64,000 nt of DNA from Armatimonadia bacterium (GTDB lineage: Bacteria > Armatimonadota > Zipacnadia > Zipacnadales > UBA11051). The notes under the pieces are model-generated. The model did no database searches. It saw nothing but the letters and a program-made list of their open reading frames with translations, and was not told the DNA's origin. The stretch lies in assembly GCA_039683575.1 (NCBI GenBank), contig JBDKRC010000302.1, positions 11,173 through 75,172 of the forward strand, written 5' to 3'. This document shows, piece after piece, positions 19,668 to 29,568 of this stretch. The position numbers and the translations under genes were made by a program. Position 1 is the first letter of the stretch. Every line of letters starts with the position of its first letter.

Positions 19668-20954
19668 CTAGCCTGCCTGTGCCGCCTGCTCCGGGCTGGC
19701 GTCCTCCTCGGCTACCTGTGCGGAGTCGATCTGGAACTGCTTCTCGCGGAAGGTGGCGAGGAAGCCGAGACCGGCGACTATGGTGATCACGATGGGGACC
19801 ATGAAGATCGCTGCCCAGTTGTGGTGATCAGGAGCGATGAGGAAATGGTCATGGACGCGGCCTGACACAAGGTGGCCGACGAGCATCCCCAGGCCGTTGG
19901 TGGCAAAGAGAATCAGCGATTGAGCACTGGCGCGGATGTCACGATGGGCGAGCCGCTCGACCGCGATCATGCCGCCCACGAAGAAGAGGCTGTAGCAGAC
20001 GCCGTGGAGGGTCTGGGCGGCGATGACCAGCCAGACGGGATGGCCGATGGCGAAGATGGCATAGCGTACCGGCCACGCCAGGATGCCCAGGAAGATTGTG
20101 TTGCGCATGCCCAGATAGCGCAGGGAGGGCCAGAGCAGTAGCATCAGGGCTACCTCACCGACCTGCCCGAGGGACATGGCGAACTGAGCGGTGCTTTCGG
20201 CAAGACCCACGCCGCCGGCCTTTTCGGTGAGGAAGAGGAACGTGAGGTTGTAGTAGAACGGCAGCTCGATGGCGACGATGAACGAGATCACGGTCAGCAC
20301 CGCGAAGTTGCGGTTGACCATGAGTTTGAAGGCCTCAAGGAAAGCGTACGGGTTCTTGGCCTCGCGGGTGGGCGGCGTGTTGGGAAGGGTGAGGCTGTAC
20401 AGACCCATGGCGAGCGAGCAGATGCCCGCTATGAGAAGGGCGTCGCCGGTGTGGCTGACGCCGGGCTGGCCGAGCTCCCAATAGCGCAGGTAGAAGGTCA
20501 GGAACCACTGTACGGCAATCCAGCCGAGCGTGCCCCAGACGCGGATGTTGCCGAACTTCTCTGAGTTGCCCATGTGGTAGAAGGCGACGGTGTTGGTGAG
20601 CGCCAGGGTGGGCATGTAGAGCATGGCATAGAAGAACATGGCGGTCCACAGCGGCCAGAATTCCGTCTGCTGCCACGCAACGTACAGGAGCGCCGCGCCT
20701 GCGATGTGTGAGAGAGCAGTGAACCACTGGGCTGGCATGAAGCGGTCGGCGATCCAGCCGGCAATGAGGGGCGAGAGGATGGAGCCGAAGGCGGTGGTGC
20801 CGAAGACGTATGAGATCTCCTTGCCCGAGAAGCCGAGATGGCCCATGTGGCCGCCGATGGTAACCGACCACGCTCCCCAGACGGCGAACTGGAGAAACAT
20901 CATCCCGGAAAGGCGGGAGTACAGGGCATAGCTGAATCGTGTAACGGGCTGCAT
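19668..20954 (-). CDS. MFS transporter, nucleoside:H+ symporter (NupG/XapB/YegT-like)
   Basis: MMFLQFAVWGAW, IADRF, IRVWGTLGWI, LPNTPP, SLGQVGEV motifs; about 12 hydrophobic segments; GGAGG RBS. Confidence 0.88.
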   Translation of the reverse strand: MQPVTRFSYALYSRLSGMMFLQFAVWGAWSVTIGGHMGHLGFSGKEISYVFGTTAFGSILSPLIAGWIADRFMPAQWFTALSHIAGAALLYVAWQQTEFWPLWTAMFFYAMLYMPTLALTNTVAFYHMGNSEKFGNIRVWGTLGWIAVQWFLTFYLRYWELGQPGVSHTGDALLIAGICSLAMGLYSLTLPNTPPTREAKNPYAFLEAFKLMVNRNFAVLTVISFIVAIELPFYYNLTFLFLTEKAGGVGLAESTAQFAMSLGQVGEVALMLLLWPSLRYLGMRNTIFLGILAWPVRYAIFAIGHPVWLVIAAQTLHGVCYSLFFVGGMIAVERLAHRDIRASAQSLILFATNGLGMLVGHLVSGRVHDHFLIAPDHHNWAAIFMVPIVITIVAGLGFLATFREKQFQIDSAQVAEEDASPEQAAQAG

Positions 20955-21268
20955 CAGTGACCTCCGATCAACGTGACTGTGGCCAATGCAAAGGCAGGCG
21001 TGAGTGGCCTTCGAAGTGGCCGACCCCGTGCCTGGTGAAGACAGGCCGGGCAACCAATTCGCCGTCGCGCCTGCGATTGCCTACCCGTGGCAGAGAAGTG
21101 GATTTGGACCGCGATATAAGCGTCTTCAGGTACATCTTGGGTAGAACTTCCAAAACATCTTCTTCAGTCGCCTCGTCCACTACCAAGAGTGTACCGTATT
21201 GGGCAAAGGTGGTCGATCTACAGCAGCCTGCCCAGTATCAAAACTGGAGGAGACCTGGAGGAGAGGAA

Positions 21269-24200
21269 ATGTCTAAGGGAGTGCCATGTTTTTTGCTGAT
21301 CGGGGTGGTCGTCGTTAGCATCGCTGTGTCGGCCTCGGCCGGCTCAGCCGCGCTGCAACTTGGTGGACGTGTCTGGAATGACACCAACGGGAATGGCGTT
21401 GTCGATCCCGGCGAACCTGGTCTGAACGGCGTTACGGTCAAGCTTTCGTGGACAGACGCCACTGGAACGTCCCGTTCCGCAACGACGTTGACTGCGAGCG
21501 GTTCATACGCTTTCTCTAACCTGCCAGCGGGAGCTTACAAGGTGAGTGTCGTCTCGGCTCCCGGCGCCACGGTGCAGACCTACGACGCGGATGGCCTGAG
21601 AACGCCCAACGCCATCACCGTCAACTTAACCCAGAGCGTTCAGAATGTGAGCTTCGGTTACCGGTGCACCAATCCGGCGCAGATCGGTGACACGGTATGG
21701 AATGACCTCAACGCCGACGGCTTCCAGGATCCGGGGGAACTCGGAATTCCCGGAATACCCGTGGCGCTCTACCTCGATGGCGTGTACCTGATGTCGCAGA
21801 CGACGGACGACAACGGTCACTACCTGTTTACGGACCTGACCCCCGGTACCTATACCGTCACGACGGACATGTCCGGCCACCCGGAGTTAGTCCAGACTTT
21901 CGACTACGATGGCATAGATACGCCTAATACGGCAACCTATACCGTGGGTCCTGATGAAGTCTTCGCCGACGACACTGGCAACTCAACCGGCCTGGACTTC
22001 GGCTATCGCTGTCCCCCCGGTGACAGTGGGGTGATCGGGGACACGGTATGGCTGGACCAGAATGCCAACGGCATCCAGGACAACGGCGAGGCGGGGATAC
22101 CCAACGCACGCGTCAAACTCTACCTCAACTCAACCCTGATTGGCACCAAGGTGACCGATGCCGGTGGGCACTACCTGTTCACGCATCTGTTACCAGGGGC
22201 CTACAAGGCGTATGTGGTTCCCGCATATCTCCCGCCGGGGCTGACCCAGACCTTCGACTATGACGGGTTGGCGACGCCAAACACGGCCAGGTACACCCTC
22301 GACCTGGGCGAGGTCTTCGCCGATGACGAGGGCAACTCCACTGGCCTGGACTTTGGCTACCGGTGTGAGGTCGTCAATACGGGCCAGATCGGTGACACCG
22401 TCTGGACCGACACCAATGCCAACGGCGTGCAGGACGTGGGCGAGACGCCACTGGCCGGTGTGCCTGTCATGCTCTACCTGGGCACGACCCTCATCGGCAC
22501 GCAGACCACGGACGCCAATGGTCATTACCTGTTCACTGACCTCGCGGCCGGTACGTACACGGTAAAGACCGACATGTCCGGCTTCCCCACCCTGGTCCAG
22601 ACCTTCGACTATGACGGTCTCGCGACGCCCAATGCGGCCACATACACTCTCGCTGAGGGCGAGATCTTCGCCGATACCACCGGCAACTCCACGGGCCTGG
22701 ACTTCGGCTATCGCGTCCCGCCCCGGATTGGCAAGATCGGTGACACGGTGTGGACCGACACCAATGCCAACGGCGTGCAGGACGTGGGTGAGACGCCACT
22801 GGCCGGTGTGCCTGTCATGCTCTATCTGGGCACGACCCTCATCGGCACGCAGACCACGGACGCCAATGGTCATTACCTGTTCACGGGCCTCGCGGCCGGT
22901 ACGTATACGGTAAAGACCGACATGTCCGGCTTCCCCACCCTGGTCCAGACCTTCGACTATGATGGTCTCGCAACGCCCAATGCGGCCACGTACACTCTCG
23001 CTGAGGGCGAGACCTTCGCCGATACCACCGGCAACTCCACGGGCCTGGACTTCGGCTATCGCGTCCCGCCCCCGATTGGCAAGATCGGTGACACGGTGTG
23101 GTACGACACCAACAAGAACGGCGTCCAGAACGTCGGCGAGCTTGGGATCCCTGGCGTGCGCGTCAAGCTCTATCGGGGCACCACGCTGATCGGCACCAAG
23201 ACCACGGGCGCCGCCGGTCACTATCTCTTCACGGGCCTGGCAGCAGGCAATTACAGGGCCTATGTTGTGGCCTCAACGCTGCCGGCGGGAGTGGTACAGA
23301 CCTTCGACTATGATGGCCTGGCTACGCCCAACAGCGCGAAGTACACCCTGGCTGAGGGTCAGACCTTTGCCGATACGAAGGGCAACTCCATCGGCCTGGA
23401 CTTCGGGTATGTCACGGTCGCGCCGAGTGTGACGCTGGAGAAGAAGGCTGACGTCACTGAAATCGACCCGAACAAGTCGGTGACATACACCTACACCGTG
23501 AAGAACACTGGTGGACTGACGCTCAACAACGTGGTAGTCAAGGACGACAACGCCACGCCGAACGATACCAGTGATGACTTCGTCGTCGGCACCATACCCA
23601 GCCTGGCTCCCGGAGCCCAGGCGGTGTTGACCCAGACCAAGATCCCGCCGGTTCCTGTGTGTGACGTGATCGACGGCACAACGATCGGCGCCGGGTACCT
23701 GGCTGCTGAAGTTCTGGCCAACGGCGACGTGAAGCTGACCTTCGTCGAGAGCCGGGCTATCAACGACAACACCTACGGGAACACTGCCTCTGGTTGGGGC
23801 TCAAAGGGCCATACGTTCAACAACCTCGTTGGCAGTGACAAGGCGCAGTTCCGCGTGACCGATGCCAGCGGCAACGTCGTGATGGAGTTCTACCTGGACT
23901 ACATCACCGCCTCCAGTCTCTACCCTTCCGGCTACGGGACCCTGGGCGCCACTGGCGGCGACGGCAAGATGGTAATCGGTAGCGCCTCCAATCTCGTCAG
24001 TTACACCACCTCACTAACGCAAAACCTGAACCAGTCATCGGCCTACTACGGCTTCACCGTGAATTCGCCGGCTGAGCCCGATCCCAACTGGAACTACAAC
24101 ATCATGTACCAGGCGGTGATAAAGGGCTCTGTCTTCGGGACGGCGGGCTTCGGAGGCTTCACCATCCCGAGCGTGCACAACTCGCCGCCCAAGATCGGCG

Positions 24201-24826
24201 ACAACCTGCTCGAGCCCAAGCCTTGCGAGGCCGACGTGACGAATACGGCCAGCCTGACGGCGACGGCCAGCGATGGCACGGTCCTCACGGCCACTGCCAC
24301 GGCTAGCGTTCACATAAAGTGGTTCGAGTCGCCGGGGCCTTTCACAACGTACAAGCAGGACCAGTGGGGCGGTTCCACTGCCAATTCGCTGCTGGCGGGC
24401 AAGTTCGCGACGCTGTATCCATCGGGCTTGACCGTCGGAGGAACCTACACCATCGCTCTCACCTCCGCGGCGGCGGTAGACGCCTTCCTGCCGCAGGGCG
24501 GCGGACCGAACGTGCTGACCATGAATTACACCAACCCGACGAAGACCTCGGCAGGCGAGTTGGCGGGACAGGTGGTCGCGCTCAAGCTGAACGTGGACTT
24601 CTCTGAGGCCGGGTTCACGAAGAAGGGCCTCGCGAGCCTGAAGCTTACCAAGGACCTCGCCGGCTGGACGGTCGCGCAGGTGCTTACGTTGGCACAGACC
24701 GTGCTGGGCGGCAACAAGGGGGCTCTGCCCTCTGGTGTGGACCTGAACAAGCTGAAGGACATCTGCAAGAAGACCAACGAGAACTACGAGAAGGGTACCA
24801 ACGATCGAGGGTATCTCACCCCGTAG
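21269..24826 (+). CDS. Secreted surface/adhesin-like protein: six SdrD B-like repeats, DUF11/DUF7507-like Ig domain, C-terminal helical domain
   Basis: Strong RBS and signal peptide; six (I/L)G(D/G)xVWxDxNxxG...FGY units; TYTYTVKNTG...VTNTA domain. Confidence 0.85.
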   Translation: MSKGVPCFLLIGVVVVSIAVSASAGSAALQLGGRVWNDTNGNGVVDPGEPGLNGVTVKLSWTDATGTSRSATTLTASGSYAFSNLPAGAYKVSVVSAPGATVQTYDADGLRTPNAITVNLTQSVQNVSFGYRCTNPAQIGDTVWNDLNADGFQDPGELGIPGIPVALYLDGVYLMSQTTDDNGHYLFTDLTPGTYTVTTDMSGHPELVQTFDYDGIDTPNTATYTVGPDEVFADDTGNSTGLDFGYRCPPGDSGVIGDTVWLDQNANGIQDNGEAGIPNARVKLYLNSTLIGTKVTDAGGHYLFTHLLPGAYKAYVVPAYLPPGLTQTFDYDGLATPNTARYTLDLGEVFADDEGNSTGLDFGYRCEVVNTGQIGDTVWTDTNANGVQDVGETPLAGVPVMLYLGTTLIGTQTTDANGHYLFTDLAAGTYTVKTDMSGFPTLVQTFDYDGLATPNAATYTLAEGEIFADTTGNSTGLDFGYRVPPRIGKIGDTVWTDTNANGVQDVGETPLAGVPVMLYLGTTLIGTQTTDANGHYLFTGLAAGTYTVKTDMSGFPTLVQTFDYDGLATPNAATYTLAEGETFADTTGNSTGLDFGYRVPPPIGKIGDTVWYDTNKNGVQNVGELGIPGVRVKLYRGTTLIGTKTTGAAGHYLFTGLAAGNYRAYVVASTLPAGVVQTFDYDGLATPNSAKYTLAEGQTFADTKGNSIGLDFGYVTVAPSVTLEKKADVTEIDPNKSVTYTYTVKNTGGLTLNNVVVKDDNATPNDTSDDFVVGTIPSLAPGAQAVLTQTKIPPVPVCDVIDGTTIGAGYLAAEVLANGDVKLTFVESRAINDNTYGNTASGWGSKGHTFNNLVGSDKAQFRVTDASGNVVMEFYLDYITASSLYPSGYGTLGATGGDGKMVIGSASNLVSYTTSLTQNLNQSSAYYGFTVNSPAEPDPNWNYNIMYQAVIKGSVFGTAGFGGFTIPSVHNSPPKIGDNLLEPKPCEADVTNTASLTATASDGTVLTATATASVHIKWFESPGPFTTYKQDQWGGSTANSLLAGKFATLYPSGLTVGGTYTIALTSAAAVDAFLPQGGGPNVLTMNYTNPTKTSAGELAGQVVALKLNVDFSEAGFTKKGLASLKLTKDLAGWTVAQVLTLAQTVLGGNKGALPSGVDLNKLKDICKKTNENYEKGTNDRGYLTP
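22388..23101 (+). repeat. Intragenic tandem repeat, 348-bp period (116 aa)
   Basis: ATCGGTGACAC recurs at 22388, 22736 and 23084; the first two units differ by roughly a dozen substitutions by eye. Confidence 0.95.
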
Positions 24827-24897
24827 GACCCGCTGTGGTGGCTCCAGAGGCAGTGGCTGTCACATTGCTGGAAGGGTCACCCGTTGATCAACAAACG

Positions 24898-24927
24898 AGA
24901 GGGCCCGGTCTGTGGACCGGGCCCTCT
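24898..24927. terminator. Hairpin between convergent genes
   Basis: AGAGGGCCCGGTC-TGTG-GACCGGGCCCTCT, perfect 13-bp stem. Confidence 0.75.
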
Positions 24928-24950
24928 TCATCCGTATGGCCAATGGGCGG

Positions 24951-26348
24951 CTATTCTGTGGGTGGCGGCGGCGGAGGCGGCATTGGAGGGCCACCAGGTC
25001 CTGGGGGAGCACCAGGGCCACCAGGCATCGCCGTCTTACTGACCTGGTAGTAGAAGGGATACTGCAGGGGCTGGGCCATCGCCTTCACGTGGCCATCCAC
25101 GAAGGAGTAATTGATCAGGTTGTCATGCCGCGGCGGCCAGGTGACCGAGGCCCCGGCTTGCTTACCCTTGTCGTAGGCATTGAGGTTCAGCAGCTTGGAG
25201 TCGAAGTGGCAGACCGTCCAGGCAGGCTCGTCGATGAGAGCCATGGTGACGCGGCTGAGCTTGTAGTTCATCGCGTAGCCGTAGCCTTCCTTGACGGCGG
25301 GGCAGCGGAAGACTTCCGTGTTCCTCACGTATGGTTCGCTGACGGTACACCACTTGTCAGCGGGCGCGAAGCGCTCGTCGTAGTCCTGCGCGTACTGAAG
25401 CATGGCCAGCATCGCTTGCTTGAGGTTGCTTTGGCAGGCCGCGACTACCGGGCCGCCAGTGGGTCCGTCCGGTCCCTCGCCAACCTGTTCGAGGTCCAGG
25501 GGCTCGTTGGGTCCCAGCAGGCGCACGCCTCCGGACCACTGGGGTTGCCATCCTGTCTCGGTGCGCTCCAGCGGGACCGCGAGGTGCAGTTCGGCCTGGC
25601 CCTGAAGCTTGAGCACCGCTCTATCGTCCGCCACCTTGCGGCTGACGATCTCATGGCGGGCGGTCTCCGGCGTGATCAGGACGAGGCCAAGGTAGTCCGA
25701 CCACACGCCCCCGCCTTGCATGCTCATCATGGCGCGGAAGAAGTCCCCCCCGGACATGAGCTTGAGTTGGTCTCCGATAGCCTGGCGGGCTTGGAGGTTA
25801 TCCGTACCTTGCAGGTCAACCGCCCAACCGCCGCCGCGTTTGACGAGGGCGAGGTACTGCGGGACCTTGAGAGTCATGATTACGCGGCCGACGCCGCTGG
25901 TGCCAGCGGTCTTGACCTCGCCGACTTTGGCAGGTTGGCCCATGAGCAGCGACATCATCTGCTCTTCACCGGTCTGGAAGCTCTCCTTCTGCGCGGCAAC
26001 GACGTATTGGGCGAAGTCCTCTTTGGTGGTCTCGCCGAGGGACTGCCGGTCAAGCATCTCCCAGGCAGCCGCGGCTTCGCGCTTGCGGAGACTCTCGACA
26101 AAGTCGTTGGCAACCTTGTCGAGAGCTGCGGCTTCGTCGGCGGTAGCGTCCCTACCGGCCACAGTCGGGTCCGGCGCGACCGGCGCGGCCTGGCGTGGAA
26201 GCTGAGCCAAGGCGCCGATGAGGGCCTGTCGAGCGGCGGCGGAGGGGCCCCAGGTGAAGCCCGCCTGATGGAGGCTGACCAGCATCAGCACGCAAAGACA
26301 AAGACACAACAGGACGGCGACGACGGTGCGGCCGGCGGTGCGCGACAT
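24951..26348 (-). CDS. Exported protein: NTF2-like region plus DUF1559-like/H-X9-DG C-terminal domain, poly-Pro tail
   Basis: Hydrophobic N-terminus; CQSNLKQ..AMLQYAQDYDERF; H-DNLINYSFV-DG; no N-terminal GFTLIE prepilin motif. Confidence 0.7.
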   Translation of the reverse strand: MSRTAGRTVVAVLLCLCLCVLMLVSLHQAGFTWGPSAAARQALIGALAQLPRQAAPVAPDPTVAGRDATADEAAALDKVANDFVESLRKREAAAAWEMLDRQSLGETTKEDFAQYVVAAQKESFQTGEEQMMSLLMGQPAKVGEVKTAGTSGVGRVIMTLKVPQYLALVKRGGGWAVDLQGTDNLQARQAIGDQLKLMSGGDFFRAMMSMQGGGVWSDYLGLVLITPETARHEIVSRKVADDRAVLKLQGQAELHLAVPLERTETGWQPQWSGGVRLLGPNEPLDLEQVGEGPDGPTGGPVVAACQSNLKQAMLAMLQYAQDYDERFAPADKWCTVSEPYVRNTEVFRCPAVKEGYGYAMNYKLSRVTMALIDEPAWTVCHFDSKLLNLNAYDKGKQAGASVTWPPRHDNLINYSFVDGHVKAMAQPLQYPFYYQVSKTAMPGGPGAPPGPGGPPMPPPPPPPTE

Positions 26349-26432
26349 AGTGCTTTCCCCTTGTGCGGCAGCGGTTGTAAGGCTCTTCAAGGCTGGTGAT
26401 CTCCCACCGGGAGACCGGGCAGGTTAGCCGCC

Positions 26433-27788
26433 TCACCCACCGCCCGGCATGCGGACGGCCGGTATGGTGGCGAGGGATTCCCTTGGAAGGGCGCGGATGG
26501 GGCGGTAGAAGCCCTGGGCCAGACGATAGGATTGAGGGGCTACATGGCCATCCACGAAGGCGTAGCTGATAAGGCGATCATGCCGGCCGGGGCTCGGCAC
26601 GGAGGCGCCGGGCTCGGCATGCAGGTCGTAGGCATTGGGACGCAGGAGCGTGGAGTCGAAGAGCTCGGCAGTCGTCCATGGCTGGGTTACTTTGCCCAGC
26701 GGCAGGAGACTGAGCTTGTAGTTCATGGCATAGCCGTACTTGTCGGTGACGGCGGGGCAGGAGTAGAAGCCGGGGTCGGTCACGTAGTCGCTGAGGTCCG
26801 TGCACCAGCGGTTGGCCGCGGGGAGGCGCTGGTCGTAGTCGGCCATGTAAAGGCGCATCGCCTGGCTGAGTTGGCGGAGGTTGGCAAGGCAGCGTTTGGT
26901 CTTCGGCCCTTCCATTCCCGTAAAGATGTTGGCGTCGCGCAGCGGGGTCTCGGGGCGGATAACCTCCGGGTTCACTCTCCTATTGAGATGCCAGCCGCTG
27001 ACAGTGCGCTCGAGAGCAACCGCGAGGTTAACCTTCGCCTCGGCCTGGGCTGTAACCATGGCGCGATCGGCGGAGACCCGGCGGGTACTCACCTCGTAGC
27101 GGACGAGGTCGGGGACCATGACCAGGAGCGCGGCAATACCTTGATCGAGGCGCATACCGCGGTCCGGCATCATGGTGAAGTAGAGCTGGCCGATGTTGCC
27201 GGCAACCTGCTCTACCTGGCGGCCTGACTCGGTCTCGGCCAGGAGTTGCTCGGTGCTGTCGAGGTCAATGAGCCAGCGCCCGTCGCGGCGGACGAGCAGG
27301 TAGCTTTGCCGCGGGGCAAGGGTGATGATCAGGCGGGCAAGCCCATCGCTCCCGGAGGTGATGACCTCACCGAGTTCCACCCGGTTACCCTTGACGAAGG
27401 CAGATAGCAGAAAGTCCCCGGCGGAGCCGACAGAGGGGTCGTTGGGTACCGGTAACCTTTCCCTCCAGGTGCCAAAGGTCCAGTTCTGGCTGGTGGCGTG
27501 GCTCCAGGCCTGGTCGAACTGGCGGCCGCGGAGGGCCTCGAGGTAGGCCTTGAGGGTGGCGTCGAGAGCGAGGGCTTCATCTGAGGTGGCGGAGCGTCCG
27601 GCAAAGGCGGGGACCGGGGCAGCGGCCGGTTGCGCCTGCAGCGGCTGCAGGGCGTCCAGAAGGGCCTGACGAGCCAGTTGTGACTGGCCCCAGCCGAACC
27701 CGGCGTGGGGGGCGATCAGTAGCGCGATGAGCGAGAGCGAGAGAACCAGGGAGAAGGCAACTGCGGCACGACTGGTAACGCCAGGCAT
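26433..27788 (-). CDS. Paralogue: exported NTF2-like plus DUF1559-like/H-X9-DG protein
   Basis: CLANLRQLSQAMRLYMADYDQRLP; H-DRLISYAFV-DG; colinear similarity to 24951-26348 (ARQAL, DEA.ALD, LAV.LERT..GW, YGYAMNYKLS). Confidence 0.7.
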   Translation of the reverse strand: MPGVTSRAAVAFSLVLSLSLIALLIAPHAGFGWGQSQLARQALLDALQPLQAQPAAAPVPAFAGRSATSDEALALDATLKAYLEALRGRQFDQAWSHATSQNWTFGTWRERLPVPNDPSVGSAGDFLLSAFVKGNRVELGEVITSGSDGLARLIITLAPRQSYLLVRRDGRWLIDLDSTEQLLAETESGRQVEQVAGNIGQLYFTMMPDRGMRLDQGIAALLVMVPDLVRYEVSTRRVSADRAMVTAQAEAKVNLAVALERTVSGWHLNRRVNPEVIRPETPLRDANIFTGMEGPKTKRCLANLRQLSQAMRLYMADYDQRLPAANRWCTDLSDYVTDPGFYSCPAVTDKYGYAMNYKLSLLPLGKVTQPWTTAELFDSTLLRPNAYDLHAEPGASVPSPGRHDRLISYAFVDGHVAPQSYRLAQGFYRPIRALPRESLATIPAVRMPGGG

Positions 27789-27895
27789 GGCGCGACCCCC
27801 TTGCGGCACAAAGCCAGCCGCGTGTTTGGCAGAGCTTGCAGTAGGGTAACACTGGCAAAGTACCAGAGTTCCGTCGGCCACAACTATGGCGAGGC

Positions 27896-27923
27896 TTGCG
27901 CCCCATCTTGAGGGCGGTATAAT
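27896..27923 (+). promoter_or_regulatory. Putative sigma70 promoter
   Basis: TTGCGC-N16-TATAAT, 40 nt upstream of the beta-CASP ATG. Confidence 0.5.
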
Positions 27924-27963
27924 CATATCGTACCTTCTACGTCTTCTCTGAAAGGGCCTGCTG

Positions 27964-29466
27964 ATGAAGATCACCTTTCTTGGCGCGGCACGGACTGTCA
28001 CAGGGTCGCAATACCTGCTGGAGGCGGCGGGCAAGCAGATCCTGATAGATTGCGGCATGACACAGGGGCCGGAGCATCTGCGGCATCAGGGCCGGCCGGA
28101 TGCGGCAGTGGTTGACTACCGCACTGTGGACATGCTGCTGCTCACCCATGCCCACATTGACCATTCAGGTAACATCCCACTGATCACGCGGTTGGGCTTT
28201 CCGGGGCCGGTCTACGCCACCAGCGCGACGTGTGACCTGTGCAATGTGATGCTGCCCGACAGCGCACACATTCAGGAAGAAGATGCCAAGCACGACCTGC
28301 GGCGCTGGATCAACCAGGGCCGCATCGGGCCGGCGCCGACGCCCCTTTACAGCCTTCAGGATGTCGAAGCCGCGCTGAAGCTGCTCAAGCCCGTCAGCTA
28401 TGACCAAGTGGTGGACCTGGCGCCGGGCATTCGAGCCCGCTGGCGGGACGCAGGCCATATCCTGGGGGCAGCGTCCATCGAGATCTGGGTAGAGGAGACT
28501 GGGCGCACCACGAAGATCGTCTTTTCGGGGGACATTGGAAGCCCGGGACGGCCTGTAGTGCGCGACCCGCAGTACATAGACGACGCGGACTTCGTGGTGA
28601 TGGAATCCACCTACGGCAACCGGCGGCACGAGAGCAAGGAGATAAGTGCCGACCGCTTGCAGCGAATTGTGCAGGATGCGGTGCGCAACCACGGGCATAT
28701 CATCATCCCGGCCTTCGCAGTCGGACGGACACAAGAGTTGCTCTACGAGCTGAACAGGTTGGTCGAGCACAACCTGATTCCGCGCTTGCCAGTGTACGTG
28801 GACAGTCCGCTGGCCATATCGGCGACGAAGATATGTAGCATTCACCACGAGTGCTTTGACGCGGAGACGGCAGCGCTCCTGGCGGCGGGTGACGATCCGA
28901 TGGACTTCCCCGGCCTGAAGCTGACGCGCACGGTGGAGGAGAGCAAACAGATCAACCTCGTGCGTGGGCCTATGATCGTGATCTCGTCGAGCGGCATGTG
29001 CAACGGCGGGCGCATCAGGCATCACCTGCAGAATCATCTGGAGCATGGTCAGGACACGATCCTGTTTGTGGGTTACCAGGCGGCGGGGACGCTCGGGCGG
29101 GTGCTGCAGGAGGGGGCGCAGACGGTGAAGCTCTTTGGCGACAAGATTCGTGTGCGGGCACGCGTGAAGTCGCTACGAGCCTTCTCGGCGCACGCGGATG
29201 CCGATGGCCTGCTGACGTGGCTGTCGCATGTGAAGGGGCCGCAGGCAGTGTTCATCACACACGGTGAAGAGGACGCGGCGCTGGACTTTGCTGCGCTGGC
29301 CCACCGGCAATTGGGGGCGCCTACTCTCGTGCCCGAATATGGCGATGCCATTGACCTGGGGGATACCGGGAAGCTGGCGGAGGACCTCCAAGCGATGACC
29401 GAGACCTGGGCACGACCCGCTGAGATTGTGGAGGATGAGGCGGCCAGCGAAGATGACGCGGGCTAG
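27964..29466 (+). CDS. MBL-fold beta-CASP family RNA-processing metallo-hydrolase
   Basis: VTGS, THAHIDHSG, AGHILG, FSGDIG, MESTYG, PAFAVGRTQE, FSAHAD, THGE motifs. Confidence 0.93.
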   Translation: MKITFLGAARTVTGSQYLLEAAGKQILIDCGMTQGPEHLRHQGRPDAAVVDYRTVDMLLLTHAHIDHSGNIPLITRLGFPGPVYATSATCDLCNVMLPDSAHIQEEDAKHDLRRWINQGRIGPAPTPLYSLQDVEAALKLLKPVSYDQVVDLAPGIRARWRDAGHILGAASIEIWVEETGRTTKIVFSGDIGSPGRPVVRDPQYIDDADFVVMESTYGNRRHESKEISADRLQRIVQDAVRNHGHIIIPAFAVGRTQELLYELNRLVEHNLIPRLPVYVDSPLAISATKICSIHHECFDAETAALLAAGDDPMDFPGLKLTRTVEESKQINLVRGPMIVISSSGMCNGGRIRHHLQNHLEHGQDTILFVGYQAAGTLGRVLQEGAQTVKLFGDKIRVRARVKSLRAFSAHADADGLLTWLSHVKGPQAVFITHGEEDAALDFAALAHRQLGAPTLVPEYGDAIDLGDTGKLAEDLQAMTETWARPAEIVEDEAASEDDAG

Positions 29467-29568
29467 AGTTGCCGCAGATGGGCGGCAGTCGGAGCGCGGT
29501 TGAGGATATCAGCGACGGACTTGAACCTTGGCTTTGTGGCTGGCGACTAACTAGCGGAGGTAAAGGCC

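Noticed and set aside
21196-21240. c-di-GMP-I riboswitch (GGCAAA)
   Set aside because: Lacks the GNRA tetraloop/receptor and second GCAAA element; kept only as an unnamed structured leader.
20957-21268. 104-aa N-terminal extension of the adhesin ORF
   Set aside because: Strong RBS and signal peptide place the start at 21269; the region is a divergent intergenic spacer.
22190-23221. 343-aa repetitive minus-strand ORF
   Set aside because: Mirror of the SdrD-B repeats.
24912-26399. 495-aa + strand ORF
   Set aside because: Antisense shadow of the H-X9-DG protein; no motifs, expected in high-GC DNA.
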